Below, one piece after another: positions 8,974-18,307 of a stretch of DNA of 64,000 nucleotides. The position numbers and the translations under genes were made by a program. The stretch lies in NCBI GenBank assembly GCA_024233215.1, contig JACKPW010000009.1, positions 53,067-117,066 of the forward strand. The letters are read 5' to 3'. The first letter of the stretch is position 1; each line of letters opens with the position of its first letter. This DNA is from Verrucomicrobiales bacterium (GTDB lineage Bacteria; Verrucomicrobiota; Verrucomicrobiia; Limisphaerales; J093). The notes under the pieces are model-generated. The model made no database searches, had not been told where the DNA came from, and worked only from the letters and a program-made list of their open reading frames with translations.

Positions 8974-11900
8974 ATGGATGGACCCGTGCGGCAAATGAAA
9001 CGACCCACCCCGGGCCCTCTCCCATTCTTGATGGGCTCGGCTCTTGTGGTTGTGAGCACCGCAAGCATGCTCATGGCCTCCGGGGGAGGCACCACGCGCG
9101 ATATCATCGACCCGAGCCGGATGACGCGGCCGGTGGACGCGAAGCAGTTGGTCGGGGAAGGCGGTTACGACCTTGTCCCCGAGGGCGACGCCCCGTGTCG
9201 ATGGCGTTTCGAGGCAGGTGTGCTGACCGCCTCACCCGCGTGGGACAGCCTGATCACGCGGGAGTCGTACCGCGATTTCCGGATGCACGTCGAGTTCAAC
9301 GTCAATGACGACCCCGCTGCGGAGCCCGAGATGAACGGCAATTCGGGCGTGTATCTCCAGCGGCGGTACGAGGTGCAGATTCTCAACTCGTTCGGGGTTT
9401 CGGAGGCGGACTACACGACCTCGGGTTGCGGCAGCCTCTATCGGATGAGAAGGCCTGACCGGTTGGTGAACAAGCCCGCCGGGGAGTGGCAGAACTTCGA
9501 CATCGCGTTTCGGGCGGCGCGGTTTGACGGGGACCGGAAGACCGAGAACGCCCGGATCACGGTCTACCAGAACGGCGAGTTGATCCACGATGATGTGCCC
9601 ATTCCCCGACCCACCGGCGCCGGGAGGAAGGAGGGTCCCGACCCACAACCGGTCAAGCTGCAGGGCCATCACAATCCGGTCCGGTTCCGGAACGTCTGGA
9701 TCCAGGTGCTTGACTTGGAAGGTGGAGGGGACGGTTCCGCCGACTTTGCCAGCCGCTTCGCGAACCCGCCGGCCGGGTCGCGCATCCTGAAGATCATTCA
9801 CGGTTGGCCGGATGCGGCGGAGGCTCAGGACGCCTGGATTCGCCGATTCACAGCGCAGGGTTTCGGGGGGGTGGTCTGCAACGTGTCGTTTGATCAATAC
9901 CTCGAGAGCGACGCGCACTGGCAGCAGTTCATCCGGGCGGTGCGGGCGGCGCGCGAGGCCGGTTTCGTCCTTTGGTTGTATGACGAACGCGGGTACCCGT
10001 CCGGGAATGCCGGAGGCCTGGTGCTGCAGGAACATCCGGAATGGGAGGCGCGTGGTTTGCTGGTGTCCGATTGCGAATCGGGCGGTGGCGCGGTGGAACT
10101 TGCGGTTCCGCCGGGAAGGCTCGTGCTGGCGGGGGCCTGGCCGGTGGTCGATGGACGGATCGGCCTCAGCGGGTTCCAGGATCTGCAGGACCGGATTCGG
10201 GAGGGCCGGCTTTGCTGGCAGGCGCCCCCCGGTTCATGGCGGGTCATGATCTTCTCCGAGGACCGGCTCTACGAGGGCACGCACGCCGACGGCAACCTGG
10301 CGAAGAAGATGCCCTATGTGAATCTGCTTCAGCCCGAACCGATCAAGCGGTTCATCGAGTTGACCCACGATCGGTACGCCGCGCATTTCGGAGGGGATCT
10401 GGGAAAGGACTTCGTGGCGACGTTCACGGACGAACCCTCCCTGATGAGCTGTTTTCTGAAGCCGATGCCCTGGCGGCCGCTGCCGTGGTCGGCGAATCTA
10501 CCCGGCGAATTCAAGCAACGGCGGGGTCGGCCGCTGGCCCACGCGATGCTACCGGCGTTGGTGGCGGATGCGGGCCCGGCCGGGACGAAGTTCCGTTACG
10601 ACTTCTGGCAGACCGTGGGGGAACTCGTTTCGGAGAGTTACTTCGGCCAGATCCAGGAGCGCTGTGAGCACTGGAACATCCCATCCGGCGGGCATCTCCT
10701 GATGGAGGAGGGCCTGGTGACCCACGTTCCGTTCTACGGCGATTTCTTTCGGTGCATTCGTCGGTTGGGGGCGCCCAGCATTGATTGCCTGACCAGTGTG
10801 CCCCCCGAGGTGCCGTGGTACATCGCGCGGTTGCTGGCGAGCGCGGCGGAACTGGAAGGCCGGCGGATCGTGATGTCCGAGACCTCCGATCATGGCCAGG
10901 TCTATCGACCGGCGGGGGACGCGCGGCCCAAACGGGTGGTGACGGAGGCCGAGATTCGAGGGACCTGCAACCGGCTCTTCGTCGGCGGGGTCAACACGAT
11001 CACCAGCTACTTCAGTTTCAACGGTCTGGATGACGCGGCCCTGGGCCGGCTGAACGAATGGGTGGGGCGCTGCGCCACGTTGCTCACCGGCGGACATCAG
11101 GTTGCCGATGTGGCCGTGGTCTATCCGATCGAGACGCTGTGGACGAAGTTTACCCCCGCGCGTCTGTGGGCGAACGATTCCGTGGCCGCCGCGAAAGTGG
11201 AGGCCGTCTATCGCGCCGTGGCGGAAGGCCTGTTTGGCTCCCAGCGCGACTTCACGTTTGTGGACAGCCGGACGTTGGCCGGGGCGAGGGTGGAGGGCGA
11301 TGCGCTGGTTCACGGGGATCTTCGCTGGCGGGTGGTGGTGTTGCCGGCGGTGGACACGCTGCCCCTGGCAGCTTGGGAGAATGCAGCGCGGTTCGTGCGA
11401 AGCGGCGGGGTGTTGATCGCGTTGGGCGCCCGGCCCATGAACAGTGAATCGGAGTTTCCGTCGGGCCGGGTCCAGGCGCTGGCCCGGGAGTTGTTCGGGA
11501 AACGCGGGGAGGAACCGCGGGTGGTGGCGAACGACGCCGGCGGCGCCGGCATCCACCTGCCGCTGGGATCTGAAGGGCTGCTGCCGCTGGTGCTGGACGG
11601 CGTGCTGGAACGCGACGTCCAGGTGACGGATATCCGGTCGCCCGTTCGCGCCACGCATCGGCGCATCGAGGGCCGTGACGTCTATTTCCTCATCAACGAC
11701 GGTCCCCGCGCCTGGGAAGGGGAGGTGAAGGTCGCCGCGGGGGGGCGGGGTGAGCGGTGGGATCCCGCGATGCCTGAGGTCGCGGCAGTGGACCTCGATT
11801 CGCGCGTGACTCTGCGCCTGGAACCGTATGGCGCCGTGGGATTGCGGTTTCCCGAGGCGCGCCTTCCAGCAAGGCATGCGGCGCGGTCCGGGGCCCTGCC

Positions 11901-12429
11901 CAATCTCGTCCTGTCAACCACCCCCGTCGTGGCCCCTATTGTGTCTTGTGGGGAGTTCGTCCGATCGAACCTGGCGCCAGATGCCAGGTATGAGACGGAC
12001 GCCCAACCCGCCTGGCACGCTTCCGCCACGCTGACCAAGGGACAGGTGGACACGTTCCTTTTCGTGCGCTTCGTCCAGTCGACGCCGGTGGACCTGTCGG
12101 CGGCGGATTGTCTTGTCATCGACACCTGGGTGCCGTCGGGACAGGCGACGCCGACGCAGATCCTGGTCATTGTTCAGGAACAGGGTGGGGGCGATTTTCT
12201 TGCCAGCAGTGGTCGGCCGCTTGGGGAGGCGGGACATGTAAGGGTGTTTCTGCCGTTCAGCCGGCTGCAACCGGCCGGGTGGTCCCAGGACGCGGACGGT
12301 GTCTTGGACCGCTCGCGGGTGGCCGATATCCGGGTCGGATGGGGCGGCTACTTGGGGACCGAGGGCGAGAAGGTTGAGTTCGGTGTGGCCCTGCCGCAGG
12401 TGGGGAGCATCGCCCGGCCCGCCAGGTGA
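8974..12429 (+). CDS. Secreted multidomain protein: DUF1080 (3-keto-disaccharide-hydrolase-like jelly roll) fused to a large glycoside-hydrolase-like region
   Basis: WRFEAGVL...FRMHVEFNV...NSGVYLQRRYEVQILNS...PAGEWQNFDIAF...LQGHHNPVRFRNVWI. The remainder resembles uncharacterised GH-like exoproteins. Start is ATG 8974 or ATG 8995; the ORF-track GTG 8875 is less likely. Confidence 0.8.
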   Translation: MDGPVRQMKRPTPGPLPFLMGSALVVVSTASMLMASGGGTTRDIIDPSRMTRPVDAKQLVGEGGYDLVPEGDAPCRWRFEAGVLTASPAWDSLITRESYRDFRMHVEFNVNDDPAAEPEMNGNSGVYLQRRYEVQILNSFGVSEADYTTSGCGSLYRMRRPDRLVNKPAGEWQNFDIAFRAARFDGDRKTENARITVYQNGELIHDDVPIPRPTGAGRKEGPDPQPVKLQGHHNPVRFRNVWIQVLDLEGGGDGSADFASRFANPPAGSRILKIIHGWPDAAEAQDAWIRRFTAQGFGGVVCNVSFDQYLESDAHWQQFIRAVRAAREAGFVLWLYDERGYPSGNAGGLVLQEHPEWEARGLLVSDCESGGGAVELAVPPGRLVLAGAWPVVDGRIGLSGFQDLQDRIREGRLCWQAPPGSWRVMIFSEDRLYEGTHADGNLAKKMPYVNLLQPEPIKRFIELTHDRYAAHFGGDLGKDFVATFTDEPSLMSCFLKPMPWRPLPWSANLPGEFKQRRGRPLAHAMLPALVADAGPAGTKFRYDFWQTVGELVSESYFGQIQERCEHWNIPSGGHLLMEEGLVTHVPFYGDFFRCIRRLGAPSIDCLTSVPPEVPWYIARLLASAAELEGRRIVMSETSDHGQVYRPAGDARPKRVVTEAEIRGTCNRLFVGGVNTITSYFSFNGLDDAALGRLNEWVGRCATLLTGGHQVADVAVVYPIETLWTKFTPARLWANDSVAAAKVEAVYRAVAEGLFGSQRDFTFVDSRTLAGARVEGDALVHGDLRWRVVVLPAVDTLPLAAWENAARFVRSGGVLIALGARPMNSESEFPSGRVQALARELFGKRGEEPRVVANDAGGAGIHLPLGSEGLLPLVLDGVLERDVQVTDIRSPVRATHRRIEGRDVYFLINDGPRAWEGEVKVAAGGRGERWDPAMPEVAAVDLDSRVTLRLEPYGAVGLRFPEARLPARHAARSGALPNLVLSTTPVVAPIVSCGEFVRSNLAPDARYETDAQPAWHASATLTKGQVDTFLFVRFVQSTPVDLSAADCLVIDTWVPSGQATPTQILVIVQEQGGGDFLASSGRPLGEAGHVRVFLPFSRLQPAGWSQDADGVLDRSRVADIRVGWGGYLGTEGEKVEFGVALPQVGSIARPAR

Positions 12430-12472
12430 ACCGGACGGGCTTCAGTGCACTTCCATAGGTTCCGTAGCCGCG

Positions 12473-12528
12473 GACGTCAGTCGGCGCATTTGGGTTGCCT
12501 CCCGGATCGACATCCACCGGCTGACGTC
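12473..12528. repeat. Inverted repeat/hairpin between convergent genes (GACGTCAGTCGG ... CCGGCTGACGTC, 11 WC pairs plus 1 GU, 32-nt loop)
   Basis: Read directly. The 12-mer GACGTCAGTCGG recurs at 54462-54473, just after another stop codon. Confidence 0.7.
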
Positions 12529-12555
12529 AGTGGTTGAGGCCTTGCTGGAAATGCC

Positions 12556-13035
12556 TCAGCCCGGCCAGGCCGGCTGCAAGCGGGTGACGATGGTTTCCAA
12601 CGCGTGCTGATCCTTCGCATCGAACGCGGCCGGTTGGTCCGAATCGATGTCGAGCACGGCGCGCACCGTGCCGCGGCCGTCCCGCACCGGTACGACGATT
12701 TCCGATCGCGTGCTCCCCGAGCAGGCGATGTGGTACGGCAGGGCGTGGACGTCCGGCACCAACTGGGTCCGGCCTTCCCGCGCGCACTTTCCGCAAACGC
12801 CCCGCTCGAAGGGAATCGTGAGGCAACCGTGTCCGCCCTGGTACGGGCCGATCTTCAGCAGACCCGGCGCGACCACCCGATAGAAGCCGGTCCAGTGAAA
12901 GTCGGCGAAGGCGTGGTGCAGTTCGCTCACGATCGTCGCCATCAAGGCGATCTCATCCGTCTCACCCGCCAGCAGGGGATCGAGCCGTTGGTTGAGGTTG
13001 CGGTAACGTTCGGACTTGGACTCTGACGGAGGCAT
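12556..13035 (-). CDS. msrC: GAF-domain free methionine-(R)-sulfoxide reductase (YebR/MsrC family)
   Basis: WTGFYRVV...LKIGPYQGGHGCLTIPFERGVCGKCA...HIACSGSTRSEIVVPV...AVLDIDS aligns by eye with E. coli YebR. ATG 13035 chosen because the upstream in-frame codons merely translate the heptad repeat (PIPHLPSPIS...). Confidence 0.85.
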   Translation of the reverse strand: MPPSESKSERYRNLNQRLDPLLAGETDEIALMATIVSELHHAFADFHWTGFYRVVAPGLLKIGPYQGGHGCLTIPFERGVCGKCAREGRTQLVPDVHALPYHIACSGSTRSEIVVPVRDGRGTVRAVLDIDSDQPAAFDAKDQHALETIVTRLQPAWPG

Positions 13036-13045
13036 GAGCGGCAGG

Positions 13046-13136
13046 GGGGGATGGGGGATGGGAGGTGGGAGATAGGGAATAGGAGATAGGAAATAGGAGA
13101 TGGGAGATGGGAGATGGGGGATGGGAGATGGGATTG
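13046..13136. repeat. Tandem heptanucleotide repeat, 13 units of GGGAGAT type (GGGGGAT, GGGAGGT, AGGGAAT, AGGAGAT variants); purine-only strand is the + strand
   Basis: Read directly. It fills the spacer between the msrC-like start (13035) and the stop of the hydrolase gene (13174). It satisfies the (G3+ N1-7)x4 quadruplex pattern twice. Confidence 0.95.
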
Positions 13137-13173
13137 GAGCCTGCAACGGGTGAGACTCGGTGGTCTGCGGGCT

Positions 13174-14637
13174 TCAGGGGGTCGGGGGTTCGCGGAGGCT
13201 TTGGAACCAGTCAAGAGCCGACCGCAGGCTGGGTTCGACGCAGCCGCTGTGATTGGCGCCAGGGACCGGGTTGATCATCTCGACCTGGGTGGCGCCCTGC
13301 GAGAGGAAGCTCTCGTAGGCCACGACGGTATTGGCGAAGGGCACGTCCTGGTCGCCGCTGCAGTGGTAAAGTCGGAGCGGTGAGTACGGTTTCCAGTCGA
13401 TCAGACTGTTGTGCCGGAGCGCCACACGCACGGGATGGTTGGGGTCGTTGCGAAGGGCGTTGGCCAGCGTGGGCTGAAGGATGTCCAGCACGCGGGCCGG
13501 CATGGCGGCGTTGATCTGTCCTCCGGTGTGGGTGCCGTCCAGGAGAGGGGGCAGGGTGGTGTCATAGGGCGCCTGCAGCAGATCGGCGAGGTTGTCGGCA
13601 AAGTGGTAGGTGGCCTGGAAACCCGCGAGCAGCAGGGCGAAGTAGTAGGGGTTTGGCTGGGGATCGCCACTGAGCACGGAGTCTGCCGTGACCCCCCCGA
13701 GATCGTAGGCGCCCGCCATCGGGGCGGCGGCGGTGACGGTGAATTCGTCGGCGTGAAAGGTTTCCAGGGCGCGGAGCAGCGCCATTGTCGCGTGACCGCC
13801 GTGGGAGTAGCCGACCAGGAACAACTGGCCGGACAAGCGGAGGCTTTGGTTGGTGCCGAATTCCCGGCCGGCCCGGAGCATGTCCACGCAGGCGGTGGCC
13901 TCCGATTTGGCGTGATGGTAGGGCTGCACCAGCGGGGAAACGCCGAGTCCCAGATAGTCCGGCAGCGCCACGACATACCCGAGGCTGGCAAAGGCCAGGC
14001 CAAGGAGGATTTCCCGGTTCCCGTCCTGGGAGGGAGGTTGGGAGGGGGCTTCGGCGCGCGATGCCAGGGTGCCATGCTGGTAGCTGGCGAAGGGCAGCGG
14101 CCCCGGGGCGTCCAGGGGAACCACCAGGGCGCCCGAAGCGACGGTGGGATTCCCGAGCGGGTCGATGGTCTCGTAGACCAGTCGCCAGGTCTCCACCCCG
14201 TATTCCGGATCGAACTCGATTCCGCCCAACTGCAGCCCCAGCCCAACCTCCTGGGCGGTCAGGCTTCCCATCGACGTGCTTTCGATCAGGCGCCCCCGTT
14301 GACCGGGGTCGACGGCAACCAGGCGGTAGAACCTCGAGGTTCCGGCGAGCGGGTCGGAGTCGGTCCAAGTGGTGTCGTCCAGCGGGCCGGGGATGTTCCA
14401 GTCCGGGGCCAGCCAGAGGTGTCCGGTGAGGTCGTCGCAGAACTGGGGGAGCACGGGTTGGAGGGTGGCGGTGGGGAAGGACCAGGTGAGTTGCCGGCCC
14501 GGTGCCACGCGAAGGGGGGGGGAAAGCACGGGGGCACCGGGGGCAGCCTGGGCCGGCGGCACCAGCGGCAACAGCAGCACCGCGAGACACCGGGCAAAGT
14601 GTCGGAGGCAACGGAGGGTGAGGTCACTCACTTGCAT
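13174..14637 (-). CDS. Secreted alpha/beta-hydrolase (lipase/esterase-like)
   Basis: Signal peptide MQVSDLTLRCLRHFARCLAVLLLPLVPPAQA. Nucleophile elbow LFLVGYSHGGHA. Later CSGDQDVP and GANHSG are candidate Asp/His. ORF-track extension to 15162 rejected. Confidence 0.8.
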   Translation of the reverse strand: MQVSDLTLRCLRHFARCLAVLLLPLVPPAQAAPGAPVLSPPLRVAPGRQLTWSFPTATLQPVLPQFCDDLTGHLWLAPDWNIPGPLDDTTWTDSDPLAGTSRFYRLVAVDPGQRGRLIESTSMGSLTAQEVGLGLQLGGIEFDPEYGVETWRLVYETIDPLGNPTVASGALVVPLDAPGPLPFASYQHGTLASRAEAPSQPPSQDGNREILLGLAFASLGYVVALPDYLGLGVSPLVQPYHHAKSEATACVDMLRAGREFGTNQSLRLSGQLFLVGYSHGGHATMALLRALETFHADEFTVTAAAPMAGAYDLGGVTADSVLSGDPQPNPYYFALLLAGFQATYHFADNLADLLQAPYDTTLPPLLDGTHTGGQINAAMPARVLDILQPTLANALRNDPNHPVRVALRHNSLIDWKPYSPLRLYHCSGDQDVPFANTVVAYESFLSQGATQVEMINPVPGANHSGCVEPSLRSALDWFQSLREPPTP

Positions 14638-14719
14638 GGCGGGGACGATGCCGCTGGTCGGAGCCCGCGGCAAAAGGTTTTTGCCTTCGGACTTCGGGGA
14701 CGGGCAAGATGAGAGGCCG

Positions 14720-15976
14720 ATGGGTGCATGGCCGTTATGGGTGACGCTGGAAGTCCTGCTGTTCGCAGGGCTGAGCTTCTTCTGCGCCCTGGCGGAGACC
14801 TCGCTGTTCATGTTGTCGAAGTGGCGGATCCGGCAGTTGGCGGAGCGCGACGCGAACCGGGGAGAACGGGTGCGGCGGTTGCTGGAGGAACCGCAGGACC
14901 TGCTGGCGGCGTTGGTTTTGTGGAACACGGTGGCGTACGCGGGACTCGTGATGGTGGCGGTCTGGTTGATGGTGGACCGGTCGTTGCCGGCGGGTTGGAC
15001 GGTGCTGGCGACGGTGTTGTTGATCCTGCTGGGGGGCGAGGTGCTGCCGAAGACGCTGGCGTTGCGGGCCCCGGAGTTTTGGGCCCCTCGCACGGTGGTG
15101 TTGCTGGAGGCGCTCATGGCACTGAGCCGGCCGGTGCGCCGGTTGGCCCGGAACCTGAACACCCGGATCCTGCGCCGGGTGGCGCCGGCCGCGGTGGCGG
15201 CGCCGGCGGAGGTCAGCGACGAGGAATACGCCGAGTTGCTGGACCTGGCCTACCAGGAGGGCATGTTGGGCGAGTCCGAACGGGACCTGATCCTGCAGAT
15301 TGTGACGCTGGACCGCCGCATGGCGCGGGATGTCATGCGGCCGCGGGCCCAGATGGAGGGGATCGAAGATGACACCCCGGTGGCGCAGATGGTGGTGGAG
15401 GCCCGGCGGTTGCGGCATTCGCGGATTCCGCTGTATGACGAAACCCCCGACACCATCGTGGGCATCCTGAACACCCGGCGGCTGTTGATGGACCCGCAGG
15501 CGGACTTCACCGAAGTGGTGGAGCTGCCTTCCTTCGTGCCGGACACCATCAACCTGCTGCAGTTGCTCAAGGCCCTTCAGCGCCAGGGGCGGGGCATGGC
15601 GGTGGTGCTCGATGAGTACGGATCAACCGCGGGCCTGGTGACGGTGGAGGACATTCTGGGCCCTCTGCTTGGCCCGAAGGCGGTGGCCCGGCAGCGAGGC
15701 GCGATGATGGTGCGACAGGTGGGGGAGCGGGCCTGGCGGGTGGGCGGAGCGGTGCGGTTTGAGGACTTTCGACGCTACTGTCCGGAACTGAACGAGGTGC
15801 CCGAGGTGGACACCCTGGGGGGAATGCTCTCGACGTTGGTCGGCTTTATTCCGCCTGTCGGTCGGTCCGTGGTTCACGGGCAGGTGCAGCTCACGGCGGT
15901 GGCAGTGGACGAACGCCGGGTGAAGGCGCTGGAGGTTCGTGTGCTCGGGCGGAAGGAGGTGGCACGCCGAACATGA
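14720..15976 (+). CDS. CNNM/CorC-HlyC family transporter-associated protein (DUF21 TM domain, CBS pair, CorC_HlyC domain), paralogue 1
   Basis: MGAWPLWVTLEVLLFAGLSFFCALAETSLF...; GRGMAVVLDEYGSTAGLVTVEDILGPL; C-terminal transporter-associated domain. ATG 14720 chosen; upstream extension rejected. Confidence 0.85.
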   Translation: MGAWPLWVTLEVLLFAGLSFFCALAETSLFMLSKWRIRQLAERDANRGERVRRLLEEPQDLLAALVLWNTVAYAGLVMVAVWLMVDRSLPAGWTVLATVLLILLGGEVLPKTLALRAPEFWAPRTVVLLEALMALSRPVRRLARNLNTRILRRVAPAAVAAPAEVSDEEYAELLDLAYQEGMLGESERDLILQIVTLDRRMARDVMRPRAQMEGIEDDTPVAQMVVEARRLRHSRIPLYDETPDTIVGILNTRRLLMDPQADFTEVVELPSFVPDTINLLQLLKALQRQGRGMAVVLDEYGSTAGLVTVEDILGPLLGPKAVARQRGAMMVRQVGERAWRVGGAVRFEDFRRYCPELNEVPEVDTLGGMLSTLVGFIPPVGRSVVHGQVQLTAVAVDERRVKALEVRVLGRKEVARRT

Positions 15977-16953
15977 CTGCGATCCTCCTGTTGCTGGTCC
16001 TCGTGCTTTGTCTGGGGGTGTCGTTCGTCCTGTCGGGCATGGAGACGGGGATGCCCGCCTTGAACCGGCTGCGGCTTCGTCACCTGGTGCGGCAGGGGGA
16101 CAAGTCGGCGCGCCTCCTGCATCGTTACATCCAGCAGCCCGAACGTTTCCTCCTCACGATCCTCGTGGGGAACGCGGTGGCCACCATCGCGGTGATGCTG
16201 ATATTCGTGCACCTGTTCCGGCAATGGCTGGGCGACCATCTCTGGCTGCAGTTGGCGGGCATGCTGGGAGTGGCCTTCCTGCTCTACGCGTTCGGCGACC
16301 TTCTACCCAAGATGCTTTTCCGGCAGGTTCCGACGCGTGCTGTCCTGGCCTGTGCCCGGTTTTACGCCTGGATTCACCGGTTGCTGTCCCCCTTGGTGTG
16401 GCTGGCCGGCATGGTGGGGGAGCTGCTGCTCAAGGTGACCGGGGGACGACGGTTCACCGGACGGCTCATTGGCAACCGGGAGGATCTGTGGCGGGTCTTC
16501 CAGGAATCCAGCACGGGGTTGACGCGGGATGAACGTTCCATGGTGAACCGTGTGCTTGGCCTCCAGACCCTCACCGTGGGGGCGCTGACCGTGCCCCTGG
16601 CGAACGTGACGATTGTCGGGGAGGACACCACCCTGGGGGAGGTGTTTGCACTCTGCCGCGAACACCCGTCCAGCCGGGTGCCGGTCAAGGACATCCAAAC
16701 CCGGCGGATTTGCGGATATCTGAGTTTGAGTGCCCTGCTTTATGCCGAGGATCTGCCGGCGAACGCCGTGGCGGGAAACCACGTGCAACCGGCGTTGTTT
16801 CTCCGGGAGTCCGATCTGGTCGAGACCGCCCTCCAGCAGTTTCGGCGTACGGGTCAACGCTTCGCCATCGTGACCGACCGTTCGGAGAAGGAGGTGGGTG
16901 TCTTGACGCTTGAGGACGTGCTCCGGCACATCTTCGGCCGGCTGGAATTGTGA
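15973..16953 (+). CDS. CNNM family protein (DUF21 plus CBS pair, no CorC_HlyC tail), paralogue 2
   Basis: ATG 15973 overlaps the upstream stop (ATGA). MTAILLLLVLVLCLGVSFVLSGMETG...; ends right after QRFAIVTDRSEKEVGVLTLEDVLRHIFG. Confidence 0.8.
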   Translation: MTAILLLLVLVLCLGVSFVLSGMETGMPALNRLRLRHLVRQGDKSARLLHRYIQQPERFLLTILVGNAVATIAVMLIFVHLFRQWLGDHLWLQLAGMLGVAFLLYAFGDLLPKMLFRQVPTRAVLACARFYAWIHRLLSPLVWLAGMVGELLLKVTGGRRFTGRLIGNREDLWRVFQESSTGLTRDERSMVNRVLGLQTLTVGALTVPLANVTIVGEDTTLGEVFALCREHPSSRVPVKDIQTRRICGYLSLSALLYAEDLPANAVAGNHVQPALFLRESDLVETALQQFRRTGQRFAIVTDRSEKEVGVLTLEDVLRHIFGRLEL

Positions 16954-16960
16954 GGAGGCC

Positions 16961-18307
16961 ATGAGTCGCGACGAGATCATTCTGTTGCTGTTGAAGGTCC
17001 TGGCGGTGGCTGTGCTGGTTTTCCTGAACGGCTTCTTCGTGGCGGCGGAGTTCGCCTTGGTGAAGATTCGTGACACCCAGCTCGACCCCTTGATCGCCCG
17101 GGGGCGTCGGCTGGCGAAGGTGACCCGGCGGGTGTTGGGGAACCTGGATGCCTCCCTGAGTGCCTGCCAGCTGGGGATCACCCTCGCCAGTCTGGCTCTG
17201 GGGTGGGTGGGGGAACCGATCTTCAGCGCGCTGCTGCATCCGGTGTGGGGCCTGTTCGGCATGACGGGGAGTGAGTCCGAGCATCTGCGGGAAATGGTGG
17301 CGGTGGTGGTGGGTTTCACCGCCATCACGTTCCTGCACATCACGGCGGGGGAGCAGGCCCCCAAGTGGTTTGCGATCCAGCGCCCGTTGCCAGTGGCCCT
17401 GTTCGTGGCCCAGCCGCTGGAGTGGTTCCACCGGCTTTCCTACCCGTTCATCTGGGTGTTGAACCGGGCCTCGCTCTGGCTGCTCCACCGGATCGGTCTG
17501 GAACCCGCCAGCGAACACGACGGCGGCCATTCCGAGGAGGAACTGCGGTTGCTCCTGGCGACCTCCCGAACGCGCGGCAGCAGTACCACCCTCGGGCGCG
17601 AGATCATCCTGAACGCCTTCGACCTGCGGCATCGCATCGTGCGGGACGTGATGCAGCCCCGCCGTGACATCGTGGGGTTTGACACCACCACGCCCGTCGA
17701 TGAATGCATTCGGGAGGCGGAAAAGACCCGGTTTTCGCGGTTTCCCATCTACCAGGACGATGACGTGGACCGTACCCTTGGCGTGGTGCATGTGAAGGAT
17801 CTCTACGCCCAACGCCACGCGGTGAAGACGGCCGGTGATCTGCTGCCGTTCGCGCGCAAACTGATCTATCTGCCGGAGACGGCCCGGCTGGAGAAGGCCC
17901 TGGAACTTTTTCTCCGGCAAAAGCTCCACCTGGCGGTGGTGGTGGACGAATACGGCAGCACCGAGGGCATGATCACGCTTGAGAACATCCTCGAGGAACT
18001 CGTGGGCCAGATTCAGGACGAGTTCGATCAGGAACCACCGCTGGTGGTGCGCCGGGCCGAGGGGGTCTGGGAATTGGACGGGGTCCTCCCGCTGCATGAG
18101 TTGTCGGAGCTCGTGGGGGAACCGTTGCAGGAGGAGGGCATTTCGACGGTCAGCGGCCTGGTGACCCACCGGCTGGGCGGGTTCCCGAAGGTGGGGGACA
18201 GGCTCCAGCTTTCAGGGTTCGATCTCGAGGTGCTCGAGACCGAGGGACCCCGGCTTACCCGGCTTCAGCTTCAGCGTCGGCCCGCCGGCTCACCGCCGCC
18301 AGGCTGA
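16961..18307 (+). CDS. CNNM/CorC-HlyC family protein (DUF21, CBS pair, CorC_HlyC domain), paralogue 3
   Basis: GAGGAGG Shine-Dalgarno before ATG 16961. VLVFLNGFFVAAEFALVKIR; HLAVVVDEYGSTEGMITLENILEELVGQIQDEFD; C-terminal domain present. Confidence 0.85.
   Translation: MSRDEIILLLLKVLAVAVLVFLNGFFVAAEFALVKIRDTQLDPLIARGRRLAKVTRRVLGNLDASLSACQLGITLASLALGWVGEPIFSALLHPVWGLFGMTGSESEHLREMVAVVVGFTAITFLHITAGEQAPKWFAIQRPLPVALFVAQPLEWFHRLSYPFIWVLNRASLWLLHRIGLEPASEHDGGHSEEELRLLLATSRTRGSSTTLGREIILNAFDLRHRIVRDVMQPRRDIVGFDTTTPVDECIREAEKTRFSRFPIYQDDDVDRTLGVVHVKDLYAQRHAVKTAGDLLPFARKLIYLPETARLEKALELFLRQKLHLAVVVDEYGSTEGMITLENILEELVGQIQDEFDQEPPLVVRRAEGVWELDGVLPLHELSELVGEPLQEEGISTVSGLVTHRLGGFPKVGDRLQLSGFDLEVLETEGPRLTRLQLQRRPAGSPPPG

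Noticed and set aside
13046-13136. Possibility that the tandem repeats (here and at 492, 38025, 46110, 46191, 59498) are CRISPR arrays
   Set aside because: The periods are 6-9 nt with no unique spacers, and there are no cas genes in the window. These are micro/minisatellite-type repeats.
14369-15162. Upstream extensions of the CNNM gene (14369-14719) and of the lipase gene (14638-15162)
   Set aside because: The two extensions overlap each other on opposite strands and translate to R/G/A-rich junk. Internal ATGs followed by a signal peptide or a TM helix give normal N-termini.
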